From: Octopus vulgaris
Taxonomy: Eukaryota
Assembly (NCBI GenBank): GCA_951406725.2
Contig: OX597820.1
Span: 2,790,001 to 2,854,000 of the forward strand
Reading direction: 5' to 3'
Length of the DNA: 64,000 bases
Below, piece by piece: positions 1 to 13,143 of this stretch. A model generated the notes under the pieces. It saw only the letters and a list, made by a program, of their open reading frames with translations. It did no database searches and was not told the DNA's origin. Position 1 is the first letter of the stretch. Each line of letters opens with the position of its first letter. A program made the position numbers and the translations under genes.

Positions 1-268
1 CTTTCGATGCTCTAACGATTCTTCCGACTGAATATTCTTAGAGTAGGATGCAGTAGAATACATACATACACACACACATACATAAATACTACATACACAC
101 ACTTACACATACATACATGCACACACATACATACATACATTCATGCATACATACTACATACACACACATACATACTACGTACACACACACACATACATAG
201 ATACATACATACACATACATGTTTGTTTTGGGTGGTGGTGGAGAGTTTGACTCGGATCCCTATTCTGC

Positions 269-319
269 CCATCTGATGAGTGTGTAAGGGTTAATTCCGC
301 ACGAAACTCCGAGCCATGG
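269..319 (+). ncRNA. Type I hammerhead ribozyme motif, probably inactive (GCC at cleavage triplet)
   Basis: CCAT-CTGATGA-GTGTG..CGCAC-GAAA-CTC C GAG-CC-ATGG; all three stems pair but U16.1 is C. Confidence 0.7.
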
Positions 320-643
320 CAATCATTTGTTAGTATGGAAGCGATGAAGCTGTGTCCTACACTCCAACAATATTCATTGTTTTATAGTTGAGCGATCTTT
401 CCAGTTTTTGACGAAACCTTCACACCAGTTACATGCATGTATGTGCGTGTTTGCATGTATATATGTATGTCTTTCTGCTTGTCAGTCAGTATGTATGTAT
501 AGTGGTGTATGTGTGCAAATTTGTATGTTTTGCTTTATGTATGTATTCTCATGCATATCGTTGCATATCTAGACATGCTCCAGTATATATTTAAATGATA
601 TACTTTAGTAAAGTTTTACAGATTTTTACAGTTCCAGTGATTT

Positions 644-839
644 GTGTATGTGTGTATGTATGTATGTATGTATGTATGTATGTATGTATGTATGTATGTA
701 TGTATGTATGTATGTATGAATGTATGTATGTATGTATGTATGTATGTGTATGTATGTATGTATGTATGTATGTATGTGTATGTATGTATGTGTGTATGTA
801 TGTATGTATGTATGTATGTATGTATATGTATGTATGTAC

Positions 840-870
<31 letters not shown>

Positions 871-1600
871 TGTATGTATGTATGTATGTATGTATGTATG
901 TATGTATGTATGTATGTATGTATGTATGTATGTATGTATGTATGTATGTATGTATGTATGTATGTATGTATGTGTGAATGTATGTATGTATGTGTGTATG
1001 TATGTATGTATGTGTGTATGTATGTATGTGTGTATGTATGTGTGTATGTATGTATGTACATATGTATGTATGTATGTATGTATGTATGCATGTATGTATG
1101 TATGTGTGTATGTATGTATGTATGTGTGTATGTATGTATGTGAATGTATGTATGTATGTATGTATGTATGTGTGTGTGTATGTATGTGTGTATGTATGTA
1201 TGTATGTACATATGTATGTGTGTATGTATGTATGTATGTATGTATGTGTGTATGTATGTGTGTATGTATGTATGTACATATGTATGTATGTACATATGTA
1301 TGTGTGTATGTATGTATGCATGTATGTATGTATGTATGTATGCATGCATGTATGTATGTATGTATGTGTGTATGTATGTATGCATATATATATGTATGAA
1401 TACATAATGTATGCATGTAACGATGTGCACATACATATATAGTGGTCTGTGCATGAATGTATGTCTGTCTGTATGTATGTTGTATCCATGTGTGTGTGTT
1501 GTGTGCGTGTATGTATGTGCGCGTGTGTATGTATGTGTGTGTGCGTGTGTATGTGTGTGTATGCGTTATGTATGTGTGCGTGCGTGTGTTGTGTGTGTGT
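644..1600. repeat. (TATG)n / (TG)n microsatellite
   Basis: Direct inspection. Confidence 0.98.
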
Positions 1601-1738
1601 TAGATTCATGTTTTTATTTAGTAAAATTTTACTTTCAGAAAGATATATTTCCCTTGAAATTCACAACTTTTCCCTTTTCCTTTCGCTGTTTAGTTATTAT
1701 TTTAGAAGGAACCAGTTTCTCATGAAGACCGTTTTGCT

Positions 1739-1825
1739 ATGATTTCGTCTCTGCGAGTGATTATTAACAATCGAACTTGTTATCAATCGTTCACTCGATT
1801 TAATTTGATACGACATTATGGGAAG
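1739..1825 (+). CDS. COX18: COX18 exon 1 (mitochondrial presequence-like N-terminus)
   Basis: ATG at 1739 reads MISSLRVIINNRTCYQSFTRFNLIRHYGK (Arg/Ser-rich, no acidic residues); donor AAG/GTATGT at 1826; phase 0 joins exon 2 in frame. Confidence 0.75.
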
Positions 1826-3084
1826 GTATGTAGTTATTGAAAAAAGAGAAGCCTTTCTCCGCTTTCCATTAATTTATTTCAGACAGACCCAATCCAGAAA
1901 AAGTGGTAACCTCGTCAGAGGTCGGACAGGCGAATCATTTATACAGAGATATATCTTATCTTACATAATTCATTTGTATTTCATTTAAATGCTGGTGTTT
2001 CATAATAACTCTAGTTTCATATTACCTGATGGTGTATAACTACTTCTTGAAATCAATAAAGAATTTTGCAAGTTTCCTCTAAGTGCTAAATGCATAAAGA
2101 CACGTGCTTTTAAAAGGCGCCGGACTAACTTCTAAAGATGCCTCGATCGAATTGTATTTTGATTTCATTATTGTTATTTTGTATTTTCACACAGAAAAAC
2201 CTGCTTTGAGAGGTTGAAATAAAAACTTCAAAGCTTTAAAAAAAGAATCAGTGAGTTTTTGATCAGCACCTGAGTCAGTCCCAAATCGGACAAATTTATC
2301 TTCAAAAATGTTCCAACAATAACTATTTCGGGGTTTTTTTCTCCTTTTTTCCCTTCCAGTCAAGTCTGTTTAGCATTACACCATCATCAAATATGCCCTT
2401 TCCTATTCTAAGACTGCACAGTGTGATATTAGAGCGGTTTGACAGCTATTTCTAGCAGACTTTATAAAGGCTGCCTCCCCTGTTCTATTTATAAGGTGAC
2501 CTGCACTATTAAGTGTGCAGCATCGCCAGTAAATGGGAAGGATTCTGGCAGCTGGAAACTGTCGTTTATTTCTGGGTCAAGTAAGGAACTTCTTTGTTGT
2601 CGGTGAAGCTGTTAGAAATAACAGCCAAATCGCCCTCAAATTACACCCTGCTGTCTTATAAAAGAGAAAAACATTGGATTATGTGTGAAATTTTAGTATA
2701 AAATGCATCAACCATTTGAACCTGGTTGCAGAATGTAAAATAAGAGGAAACGAATGTTTTTATTTCTCCATTGGCAGAAAGATTGAGCTGGTTCTGGCTG
2801 CTTTCGTGGTCATCAATTAATTGGGTAATGAATTCATACTAGTAAACTCACCTTGATGGTCACGGCTAGAACCCATTTACTCTTTACTCGTTTCAGTCAT
2901 TTGACCGTGGCCATGCTGGAGCACTGCCTTCTTTTTAGTCGAGTAAATCGACCCCAGGACTTATTCTTTGTAAGCCTAGTACTTATTCTATCGGTCTCTT
3001 TTGGCGAACCACTAAGTTATGGGGACGTAAACACACCAACATCAGTTGTCAAGCGATGGTGAGGGGACAAGCACAGATACACAA

Positions 3085-3123
<39 letters not shown>

Positions 3124-3718
3124 CATATATACGGCAGGCTTCTTTCAGTTTCCGTCTACCAAATCCACTCACAAGGCTTTGGTCGGCCTGAGGCTATAGT
3201 AGAAAGCACTTGCCCAAGGTGCCACGCAGTGGGACTGAACCTGGAACCATGTGGTTGGTAAGCAAGCTACTTACCACACAGCCACTCCTACGAATCTGTA
3301 CTGTCCGGCTTGACCAGGGCTAAACCACAAGGTGTTTATATGTTTTGAAAATGACAAACCGTAAAGGCTTAGATTTCCTTAACATTCGACTGTCTTGAAA
3401 CATCTCTATTTTCTTCTCATGGAAGACAATCTTCAGGCGGTAAATTAGCAGAATTAATCGAACATCGTGTAGCTTAGTACCCAGGGTATTTGACTCACGA
3501 CCGTACGGTTGCGAGTTCGATTCCTTGCAGCGTGTTGTGTCCTTGACCAACACACAGTTTATGTGTCCTTGAGCAAGACACTTCCTTTCTCGTTGCTTCA
3601 CTCCACTCAGCTGGCAAAAATGAGTAGTACTTTTATTTCAAATGGCCAGCCATGCCACAATCTCAGAAGGATTTCCTTTTGTGCCCCCACCCATAAATTT
3701 TTTAAAAAAGATACACAT

Positions 3719-3995
3719 GGTGGAAAATTGATTTCATAATATGTCTTATAAGAATAATAATGAGAAAGTCGTAAGAATTCAGAATTTCTGTTAAAAAAAA
3801 CTTCATTTCTGTATTATGAATATTCATGTCTCAATTTGCCCAACGTTAGGGCCCAATTTGCCTAAATCTATGAAATTTGCCTAACCTTGGGACACGAATA
3901 TTCATAATACAGAAATGAGGGTTTTTTTTAAAAGAAATTCTTAATTTTTATGACTTTCTCATCATTAAGACATGGTAGGAAATCTATTTTCCACC
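3719..3995. mobile_element. Fold-back MITE with ~110 bp inverted arms
   Basis: GGTGGAAAAT...CATTTCTGTATTATGAATATTC mirrored by GAATATTCATAATACAGAAATG...ATTTTCCACC. Confidence 0.7.
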
Positions 3996-5343
3996 ATTCT
4001 TTTATTTGTTTCAGTCACTTGACTGCAGCCATGCTGGAGCACTGCCCTTAGTCGAGTAATTGACCCCAGAACTTACATACAGTTTTTGTCTATTACCAAA
4101 TCCATTTGCAGGGCATTAGTCAGCCATAAGCCATGTATCAGGTTATTAATTCTGCCTTAAAATTTAATTTTACCAACCTGTGCTTGTCTGCCAGCCGAAC
4201 GATGGTAGCTTTCGGAAAGCTTTGCATAGCTTGCAGCTCTTTTATTATCAAGAATTCAAATGTGTCTGCTTCAATAACATCAAACCATTTTATTGAACAA
4301 CACTGTAAAACTCCATCTATTATTTGCATGTTTCCCACCAGAAAGGAAGAAAACAAAAAAACATGAAATTAGGTGGTGAAGTTTTCCCCCAAGACATGCA
4401 CATTTATTAAAAATAGACATAATCTTGTAATAAAGCTTTTATTTTTTCTTTATTATATATCATCATCATCATCGTCGTCATCTAATGTTCTTTTCTCATG
4501 CTGGCATGGATTGGACAATTTCACAGGAGCTGGCAAGCCAGGGAGCTGCACTAGGCTCTAATTGTGTGTTTTGGTATAGTTTCTAATGCCAACCCCTTTA
4601 CAGAGTGTACTGGGTGCTTTCTACATGGCTCCAGCACCAGTGCTTTTTATGTGGCACCAGCACCTTTGGGGTCGCCAAGTAGCTTGCGAGACAAAAACCT
4701 CTGATTTAGAGTAAATTTGCTACTCACGAAGCAGTGTGTGTTGTGCATCGTATTATAAGGTATTTAAGGCAATCTCAGATTTCTGACTCAAAATGTGGTC
4801 AAACATTTAACATGGACTTCATACACTATCCATTATGCCATGGACTTTTGCTGTAGTTACACTTCTATTTTTCCTCTTGCCATTATCAGGGAGAAAATTT
4901 GTCCAACCCATGCCAGCATGGAAAATGGACATTAATCAATGATGATGATGATGATGATGAAAATTTATGTACAAACTTATGTACAAATTTATGTACAAAG
5001 ATATTTTTGTAACCCCCCAAATTATTGCATTTGTCTTTTTCAAGCTGATATGTGAGTCACTTTGTAGTCATTGAACCTGCTAAAAATAGCAGCTAAATAA
5101 CCCTTGTCTTTAATGTATCTAAATTATATCTAAGACTGCATTAATTAGATGATGTCTGGAGAAAAAATAGACATAATGGTCATGGTTGGAATGGCTTTTG
5201 ATTATTGTTTTGATTATACTAATTTATCTTTTAATTCTTAAAGTAATTAAGAAATATAATTTAAAAATGCTCAGATTCAATGTTTTCTTTGATTGCTTTT
5301 TAACATTCTTTGATGTTGCATTTAATATTTTTCTCTCCCACAG

Positions 5344-5892
5344 ACATCCTACAGCTGCCAAAAGTTCCATCCTTATTCTTCGGGATCCAACTTGACCAAA
5401 TGCAAATGGGATTCTCTACATTCTGCTCAATCTAATATCTACAAATATTCTACTCTTTGCCAACCAAAAACTACAAATTTTGTTGAAAACAATGGCCTCA
5501 GGAAGTTTAAACCGTACCAAAACACAAGTATCTTATCTAAAAAACATTCATTCTTCCCTCTTTATAATCATGAGAGGACATTTTCTATGGAATCTTATTA
5601 TAGATTTTTCTCTCCAGACTTTTTACCAATAAAATATTCATATGAATTTCTCACTTATATTCACACCCTGACTGGCTGCCCCTGGTGGGCCAGTATACTT
5701 GTTGGCACCTGTCTGTTGAGGTCCTTTATAACTTTTCCTTTGGCTGTTTATTCATTATACATTATTGCAAAAGTCGAGTTGCTTCAACCTGAGATACGAA
5801 GACTGTCGCATCGCCTCAAAATCGAAACTGCTAAAGCTGTACGGCAATTTGGATGGGAAATGAACCATGCTCGGATTAAGTATAATCATTCG
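5344..5892 (+). CDS. COX18: COX18 exon 2 (Oxa1/YidC-family insertase)
   Basis: Acceptor tttctctcccacag; encodes HTLTGCPWWASILVGTCLLRSFITFPLAVYSLYIIAKVELLQPEI, a typical Oxa1/COX18 TM1 region; donor TCG/GTAAGT, phase 0. Confidence 0.95.
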
Positions 5893-8751
5893 GTAAGTTG
5901 AAGATGTTTAACGTTTTCTTTACACTCAAATTATTCTGTCAATCGTAACATTTATTAATTCACATTGTTTTGAATTAATCCTGCTTTATCACTTGGCTGC
6001 AAGATTTTATTCATGTGATTATTTATTTCTAACAACCTACACCAGTGTCGCATAACCAGCCCCAGCCCATTCAAAAGTGCCTTGGATCGTTGGGTGACAT
6101 GCTGTGCTTGAGGAGGCCTATTGAGTCAAGTACATCAACATCAATATCAAAATCAAAATCAAATGGAAATTGTAGTTGTGACCCCTGTACCGGTAGCACA
6201 TAAAAATTGCACCATCTGAACCTGGTCGATGCCAGTGCCGCTTTGACTGGCTTCTGTGCTGGTGGCACGTAAAAAGCACCATCTGATCTTGGTCGATGCC
6301 ACCCCCCTCTGGCACATAAAAAGCACCCACTACACTCTCAGAGTGGTTGGCGTTAGGAAGGGCATCTAGCTGTAGAAACACTGCCAGATCAGATTGGGGC
6401 CTGGTGCAGCCACTTGGCTTCCCAGACCCTGGTCGAACCGTCCAACCCATGCTAGCATGGAAAACGGACGTTAAACGATGATGATGACGATGATTGTAGG
6501 GTAGGTGTAAGAGACCAGCTCTGGTCAGTTTGAACATAAAAACAGGGGAAATATTTTGGCCAGATATGGCTGGTTAAAGTGCTGAAGGATTAATACTGGG
6601 GTCAGCAGCATGTAGGTGGGTGGGATGCTGCTCATAAGTGGGCCACTGAGGTGTTTTCTGGTGGGGATTAGACCCTTTCTAAAGCTGTTTCAAAGACACC
6701 CATTCCTGTCCCTCTGTCCTACTCTAACCTCTCATCACCTGTCACAGAAACACCCGCCCCCCTCCCCACCTGCTCAGTCGAGGGAACTCATGGGTTACTT
6801 GGTGACCTCATTGGTGCAGGTGCTGTGTGAAAAGCCCCCAGTACACTCTGTAAAGTGGTTGGCATTAGGAAGGGTTCCCAGCTGTAGAAACCATGTCAAA
6901 GTAGACATGGGAGCCTGGTTCAGTCCTCACACCAGTTCCTGTCAAACTATCCAACCCATATCTGCATGGAAAGCAGATGTTCAATAATAACGATGATTGT
7001 GGGCCACTGAGTTGTTGAAGGCTTTTAGATGGGGTTTTTTTTTTGTGTTATGATTTGTTTAATCTTTGCTGACATAAACGTAACCGTTGATAGTAATGGA
7101 TGCATATGTAGTTCTGTTTTTATATTTAAGATATGATACATCTACTCTTGCTTATTATGGGGTTGGAGGGTGGCTGAAAAAAAAAGAGTAAAAAAACGGT
7201 GTTAAACAAGTCACTGATAAATGAATAAGGGAAAAATAGGGTTTCATTCTGAGACCCCAGGTTGTCCCTGTAACTCACCCAAATAACACCAAACATTTTT
7301 TGAACACATAATGATACTGTTTCATGGCTGGAATAATATTTAGAGTAAAATTTAATAACAAACAATCAATTAATAATGAAAATATAAAAGTGGAAAATAT
7401 TTCATCATCATCATCGTTTAATGTCCATCTTCCATGCATGCATGGGTAGGATGGTTGACATGAGCTGGCCAAGTAGGAAAACTACTCTAGGCTTCTGTGT
7501 CTGTTTTGGCAGGGTTTTTACATCTGGATGCCCTTCCCAAACCCCAACCACTCTGCAGAGTGGACTCAGTGTTTTTGATGTGGCACAAGCACAGGTGAGG
7601 TCAGTTTTGGCATGGTTTTTACAGCTGGATGCCCTTCCAAATGCCAACCACTTTATAGTGTGGACTGGATGCTTTTTACGTGGCACCTGCACTGGCAGGG
7701 TCACCAAGTACCTTGCAAGACGGTGGTAATCAGAACATTTTGGGTAGCTGAGCAATGTAAGTGGTTGCAGAAGCGCCGTTTTGTGCCAGAAGCAGAATCC
7801 TTCACCGATCGTCAATCTGTTTAATCACAGACTAATCCATGCTAAGCTTAACACAGTTCAAAACTGAGCTTACTTTATTATCCTGGATCAGTGATACACA
7901 AGGATAAATGTGTAATATATAGGTGGAGCATCATCATCATCATCATCCATGTGCCCTCCAGTTCCCTTTGTGTTGCCATGTATACAATCAGCCAGGTCCT
8001 TGTTTTCAGGCCATTCTTTATTGTCTTTTGTCCACAAATATCTTTGCTGGCCCCTTGGTTCTCTTCCCCTTCACATTTCTTGTCAGGTTAGTCTTGGAGA
8101 ATGACTCATGGTGCAGTCTATGTTGAAAATATGATAGTCTTGTGGACTTGATTCTTAACGGCAGGTGTCTTTGGACTTCCAACATTTCTAGCACTGCAGC
8201 ATTGGTTACCTCGTGTTTCCGGACTACTCTGGCCAATCTGTGAGAGATCCACATCTCAAAGGCCTCTGTCTACTCCTTCGATGCTCCCTACATTGTCCCA
8301 CTTTCGGTCCTGTGCAAATGTCAAAATATTAAAACCAGGGCAATAAAGAAAGAAAGGTGCAAATACTTACTTTGTATCAATAATGGAGACAATTAAATAT
8401 TTTAAGATTTAACCCATTAGCATTTAAAGTGACCATATCTGGGTAAAATACCCTACATGCTTTATGTTCAAACTGGCCACATCTGGTCTCTCACACCTAC
8501 CCTACAATGTCATTCTAAAAATTAACAATTGCCTCATCAAAATCTCAAAGCTACCAGGTAAATGTAGGATTAATTCAAAACAATGTAAATAAGCATTGCT
8601 TTTGACAGACTAATGAGTATGATGCAGGGATGCTTAACGATCATTCTTTTATGAAGCTTGGAACGAAAAGTTCTGGTTTAATTATATTTCTTTAAAAAAT
8701 TTATCTTCGATCTGTGTAAACTTCGTTACAGGTGTGCATTTTTAATTTCAG

Positions 8752-8899
8752 CTTAAAAAATTGATTCGTGATTTGTATATCAGGGACAACTGTCACCCAC
8801 TGAAGGCCACTTTACTTGTATGGATCCAGATACCCATGTGGTTTTCCTTATCATTTGCTCTGCGCTACATGAGTGATTTCACACCTGGCCTCAATCAAG
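8752..8899 (+). CDS. COX18: COX18 exon 3
   Basis: Acceptor ttttaatttcag; LKKLIRDLYIRDNCHPLKATLLVWIQIPMWFSLSFALRYMS matches the recalled COX18 signature LYVRDNCHPFKATVLVWIQLPMW; donor G/GTAAGC, phase 1. Confidence 0.96.
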
Positions 8900-8982
8900 G
8901 TAAGCTTCTTAGTTTCCGTTTTCTTTATTGAATTGTGACATCGTTTCATCATTGTTTTATCTTCCACATAAAAAAAATCTGG

Positions 8983-9685
8983 GCAGGTGACATGTAAAAC
9001 GCACCCCTGCAGGTAACAGGTAAAATGCACCCCTGCAGGTAACAGGTAAAACGCACCCCTGCAGGTAACAGGTAAAACGCACCCCTGCAGGTAACAGGTA
9101 AAATGCACCCCTGCAGGTAACAGGTAAAACGCACCCCTGCAGGTAACAGGTAAAATGCACCCCTGCAGGTAACAGGTAAAATGCACCCCTGCAGGTAACA
9201 GGTAAAACGCACCCCTGCAGGTAACAGGTAAAACGCACCCCTGCAGGTAACAGGTAAAATGCACCCCTGCAGGTAACAGGTAAAACGCACCCCTGCAGGT
9301 AACAGGTAAAACGCACCCCTGCAGGTAACAGGTAAAACGCACCCCTGCAGGTAACAGGTAAAATGCACCCCTGCAGGTAACAGGTAAAATGCACCCCTGC
9401 AGGTAACAGGTAAAACGCACCCCTGCAGGTAGCAGGTAAAATGCACCCCTGCAGATAACAGGTAAAATGCACCCCTGCAGGTAACAGGTAAACGCACCCC
9501 TGCAGGTAACAGGTAAAACGCACCCCTGCAGGTAACAGGTAAAATGCACCCCTGCAGGTAACAGGTAAAACGCACCCCTGCAGGTAACAGGTAAAACGCA
9601 CCCCTGCAGGTAACAGGTAAAACGCACCCCTGCAGGTAACAGGTAAAATGCACCCCTGCAGGTAACAGGTAAAATGCACACCTGC
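8983..9685 (+). repeat. 26-bp minisatellite GCAGGTAACAGGTAAAA(C/T)GCACCCCT, ~27 units
   Basis: Near-perfect tandem array; no unique spacers. Confidence 0.97.
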
Positions 9686-10862
9686 TGGTCCTATGTAAAA
9701 AGCATTGCTGTTGGTGCCACATAAAAGGCACTGGTGCTGGTGCCATGTAAAAAAGAACCCAGTGCCACTCTGTAAAGTGGTTGGCGTTAGGAAGGGCACT
9801 CAGCTGTAGAAACCAGGCCAAAACAGACAATTGGAGCCTGGTGCAGCTCTCCAGCCATGCCAGCTCCTATGAAACCAGCAAACCCATGCCAGCATGGAAA
9901 ACAGATTTTGTCGGTGGCACGTAAAAACCACCAACTGATCGTGGCTATTGCCAGCCTCCCCTGGCACCTGTGCCAGTGACACGTAAAAAGCACCCACTAC
10001 ACTCTCGGAGTGGTTGGCGTTAGGAAGGGCATCCAGCTGTAGAAACACTGCCAGATCAGAAAATTGGAGCCTGGTGCAGCTCTCCAGCCATGCCAGTTCC
10101 TGTCAAACCACCTAACCCATGCTAGCATGGAAAAGGGACGTTAAACAATGATGATAATGATGATAATATATGGCTACACCCAGCTCTCCTAATGTCTCAA
10201 TAACAATATTTCATTTAGCTTCACTGTAAATTGCCTCATTTCTGCTCTCTTAACCTAAATGTTTCTCCCATTTATTAACTCATTCCTTACCTGCAGTGAC
10301 CTGTAATCTTTTCTGTTATGAAATTCTCTTTATTGTAGAATGCTAATTACAAATCCCACCTCATTGTACCTGTTATTCCAGTCGCTCTGCAGACTGTGAG
10401 CATTTACAACCCACGTTTATATTCTTTCACTTGTTTCAGTCATTTGACTGTGGCCATGCTGGGGCACCGCCCTGAAGGGTTTCACTTGAAGAAATCAACT
10501 CCAGAACATTTTTTGAAGCTTGATACTTATTTTATCAGTCTTTCTTTGCCAAACCACTAAGTTACAGGGATGTAAACAAACCGAGATCATTATTAAGTGG
10601 TGGTGGGAGACAAACACAACAACACACACATACATGCATACACACACACACACACACCATCATCGTCGTCATCGTTTAATGTCCACTTTCCATGCTGGCA
10701 TGATTTGGGACTGTTTGATTGAGGTCTGGAGAGCCAGAAGGCTGCACCAGGCTCCAATATGATCTGGCAAGGTTTCTACAGCTGGATGCCATTCCTAATG
10801 CCAACCACTCCGAGAGTGTGGTGGGTGCTTTTTACATGCTACTGGCTTGGGAGCCAGTCAGA

Positions 10863-13143
10863 CGGTATGGATATTGTACTACGGAGGAACCTCTAGGCGA
10901 CTCTGATCATGCTATGATCATCGCCAATCTGGTTCTTGCGGGTAACAAAAACCTGAACCATCTCCAATCTGCTTCCTTCGATTGGAAGAGAGCAGATTGG
11001 AACCTGTACCACACTGAACTACAGCACCCAAACTGGCATGAATTCTACAACTCTGGAGATGTGAATACTATACTCCAGAGTATCCTGGACTCAATATGGG
11101 CAGCATGTGCAGCATCAGTGCCACGTAAACAGAAAAAGAAGAACCGCCCCAAAAGTGCAATTTGGGAAACTTCAGCAGTCCGACTTGCCAGGAAGGAACG
11201 TCGGACTGCTGAACGGGAATACAAGTTGCATAAATCAGACACCAACAGGAAAAAGCGGAATAAATCTTCCAACCATCTCAAGCAAGTGACAAAAAATGCA
11301 GTGCTTGAATTTGAACAGTGCATAGCAGCCAATCCTGACAGCAAGGTTTTCTGGAAATATGTGCATTCGAAGCAGAGACCTCACTCTCCAGTGGGCCCTC
11401 TTCGCAACCCTCACACAAACCAGATCACTGACGATCCCAAGGAATGCGCAGAACTCATTGCTGAGTGCTATGCAAACATATTCACTGTTGAAAGTCAAAA
11501 ATGTACCATCTTCACCATCTCTAACAGCAAATTCCATAACAACTATGGAATTTACACCTGCAATGCTGCGACGTCACCTTCAAAATAAGTGCAACTATGC
11601 CTCCCCTGGTCTAGATGGAGTTACATACCTGCTTCTCAAACGTGGCAGGTACTTCCTTTTACACCAGCTTTCTATTTTTTTCCAGTACTGTCTCAACAAT
11701 GGTGCTACTCCGGAGCAGTGGAAAACTGCCAGTGTCATTCCTCTGTTCAAAAAGGGTGACCGCACATCACCTGTCAACTATCGCCCAGTCAGTCTCACTA
11801 GCTTTATTGCAAAACTGATGGAATCGTGTGTCAAAGAAACACTCTGGAACTTCTGGAGCTCTCACAGTCTCATCCGACCCTCACAATATGGATTTGTCCC
11901 TAACTCCAGCTGCAGTGACCAGCTTGTCGAGTTCCTTGAGGACATTACTCAGATCACTGACAGTGGCTCATGGGTGGATGTTGTCTACCTTGACTTTGCT
12001 AAGGCTTTCAACTCTGTGCCACACAAAAGGCTTATGGTGAAACTCTCTGCAATGGGTGTGAGGGATGACCTTTTTAACTGGTTGAAATCCTTCATCCTCA
12101 GCCGAAAGGAGGTAGTCACAGTTCTAGGACAGCATTCTACACCATATGAGATGTCATCGGATGTACCACAGGGATCTGTCCTTGGTCCCCTCTTGTTTGT
12201 GGCATACATTAATGACATAGATGCCAATTTAAAGAATGCCACAGTATTGAAATATGCAGACGACATCAAGCTGTACCTTGAAATCAAGAGGACAGATCCT
12301 GTTGTCTACAGCTCTTTCCTGCAATCAGACCTGGACACAATGCAGCAATGGATCACAGACTGGCAACTGAAACTGGCTTTGAACAAGTGTACCACCATGC
12401 ATTTTGGGAGAAAAAACCCTGCATCCACATACTCCCTCCACAACACTGATATCAAGAAATCCTCTTGCGAGCGTGACCTAGGCATCACTGTCAGCAGTGA
12501 TTTGCGTTGGACAAAGCATATCTCTAAAATTGTCAAGAAGGCCGAGGGTGTCTTGGCATCACTTAGCAAGACTTTTGTTAGCCACTCTCCAGCCATCTAT
12601 TTAAAGCTGTATACAGCTATGGTACGACCACACTTGGAATTCGCATAATCAGTTTGGAACCCCTATCTTGCTCAGAACATTGACCTCCTGGAATCTGTCC
12701 AGAGACGTGCAACCAAACGCATACCCTCCATCAGACACCTACCATATTCTGAGCACCTTGTTTCCCTGGGCATGGATTCACTGAAGCTCCGGCGTCTGGC
12801 GACGGACTTGGTAAACACCCACAAAGTTATCAACCACCTCACCAACAACGACACTGAACACCTTTTTGATCTCCATGTGTCTAACACACGTGGACATGCC
12901 TACAAAGTCAGAAAACAGCACAGCTCCCATGACTTTCGGAAACATTTCTTCACGCTCAGAGTTGCTGAAGCATGGAATAAACTGCCTGCGTCAGTTGTTG
13001 ACTGCCATGACACTGCATCCTTTAAGGCCCTCATGCTTTCCGAAATCCGCCGAAACTACACCTGATTATATATACACTTTAGATGAATTGTAGTGCACCT
13101 GAGCACTGTACACAATTATTATTATTATTATTATTTATTTATT
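10863..13143 (+). mobile_element. CR1/L2-clade LINE, 5'-truncated, in COX18 intron 3
   Basis: End of APE endonuclease (LGDSDH); RT motifs NYRPVSLTS, YLDFAKAF, VPQGSVLGPLLF, YADD; C-terminal TRGH..FF..RV...WN.LP; one frameshift near 11500 and a stop at 12646; (ATT)n tail. Confidence 0.93.

Noticed and set aside
591-1742. Long HTYI/MYVC ORFs (also 54799-57385, 60443-60931, 61147-62019, 47364-47708)
   Set aside because: Translations of (TATG)n, (TA)n and (CA)n microsatellites, open in many frames
8851-9830. CRISPR-like array or 276-293 aa repeat proteins
   Set aside because: Contiguous 26-bp tandem units without unique spacers, no cas genes, eukaryotic intron; ORFs open in all three minus frames
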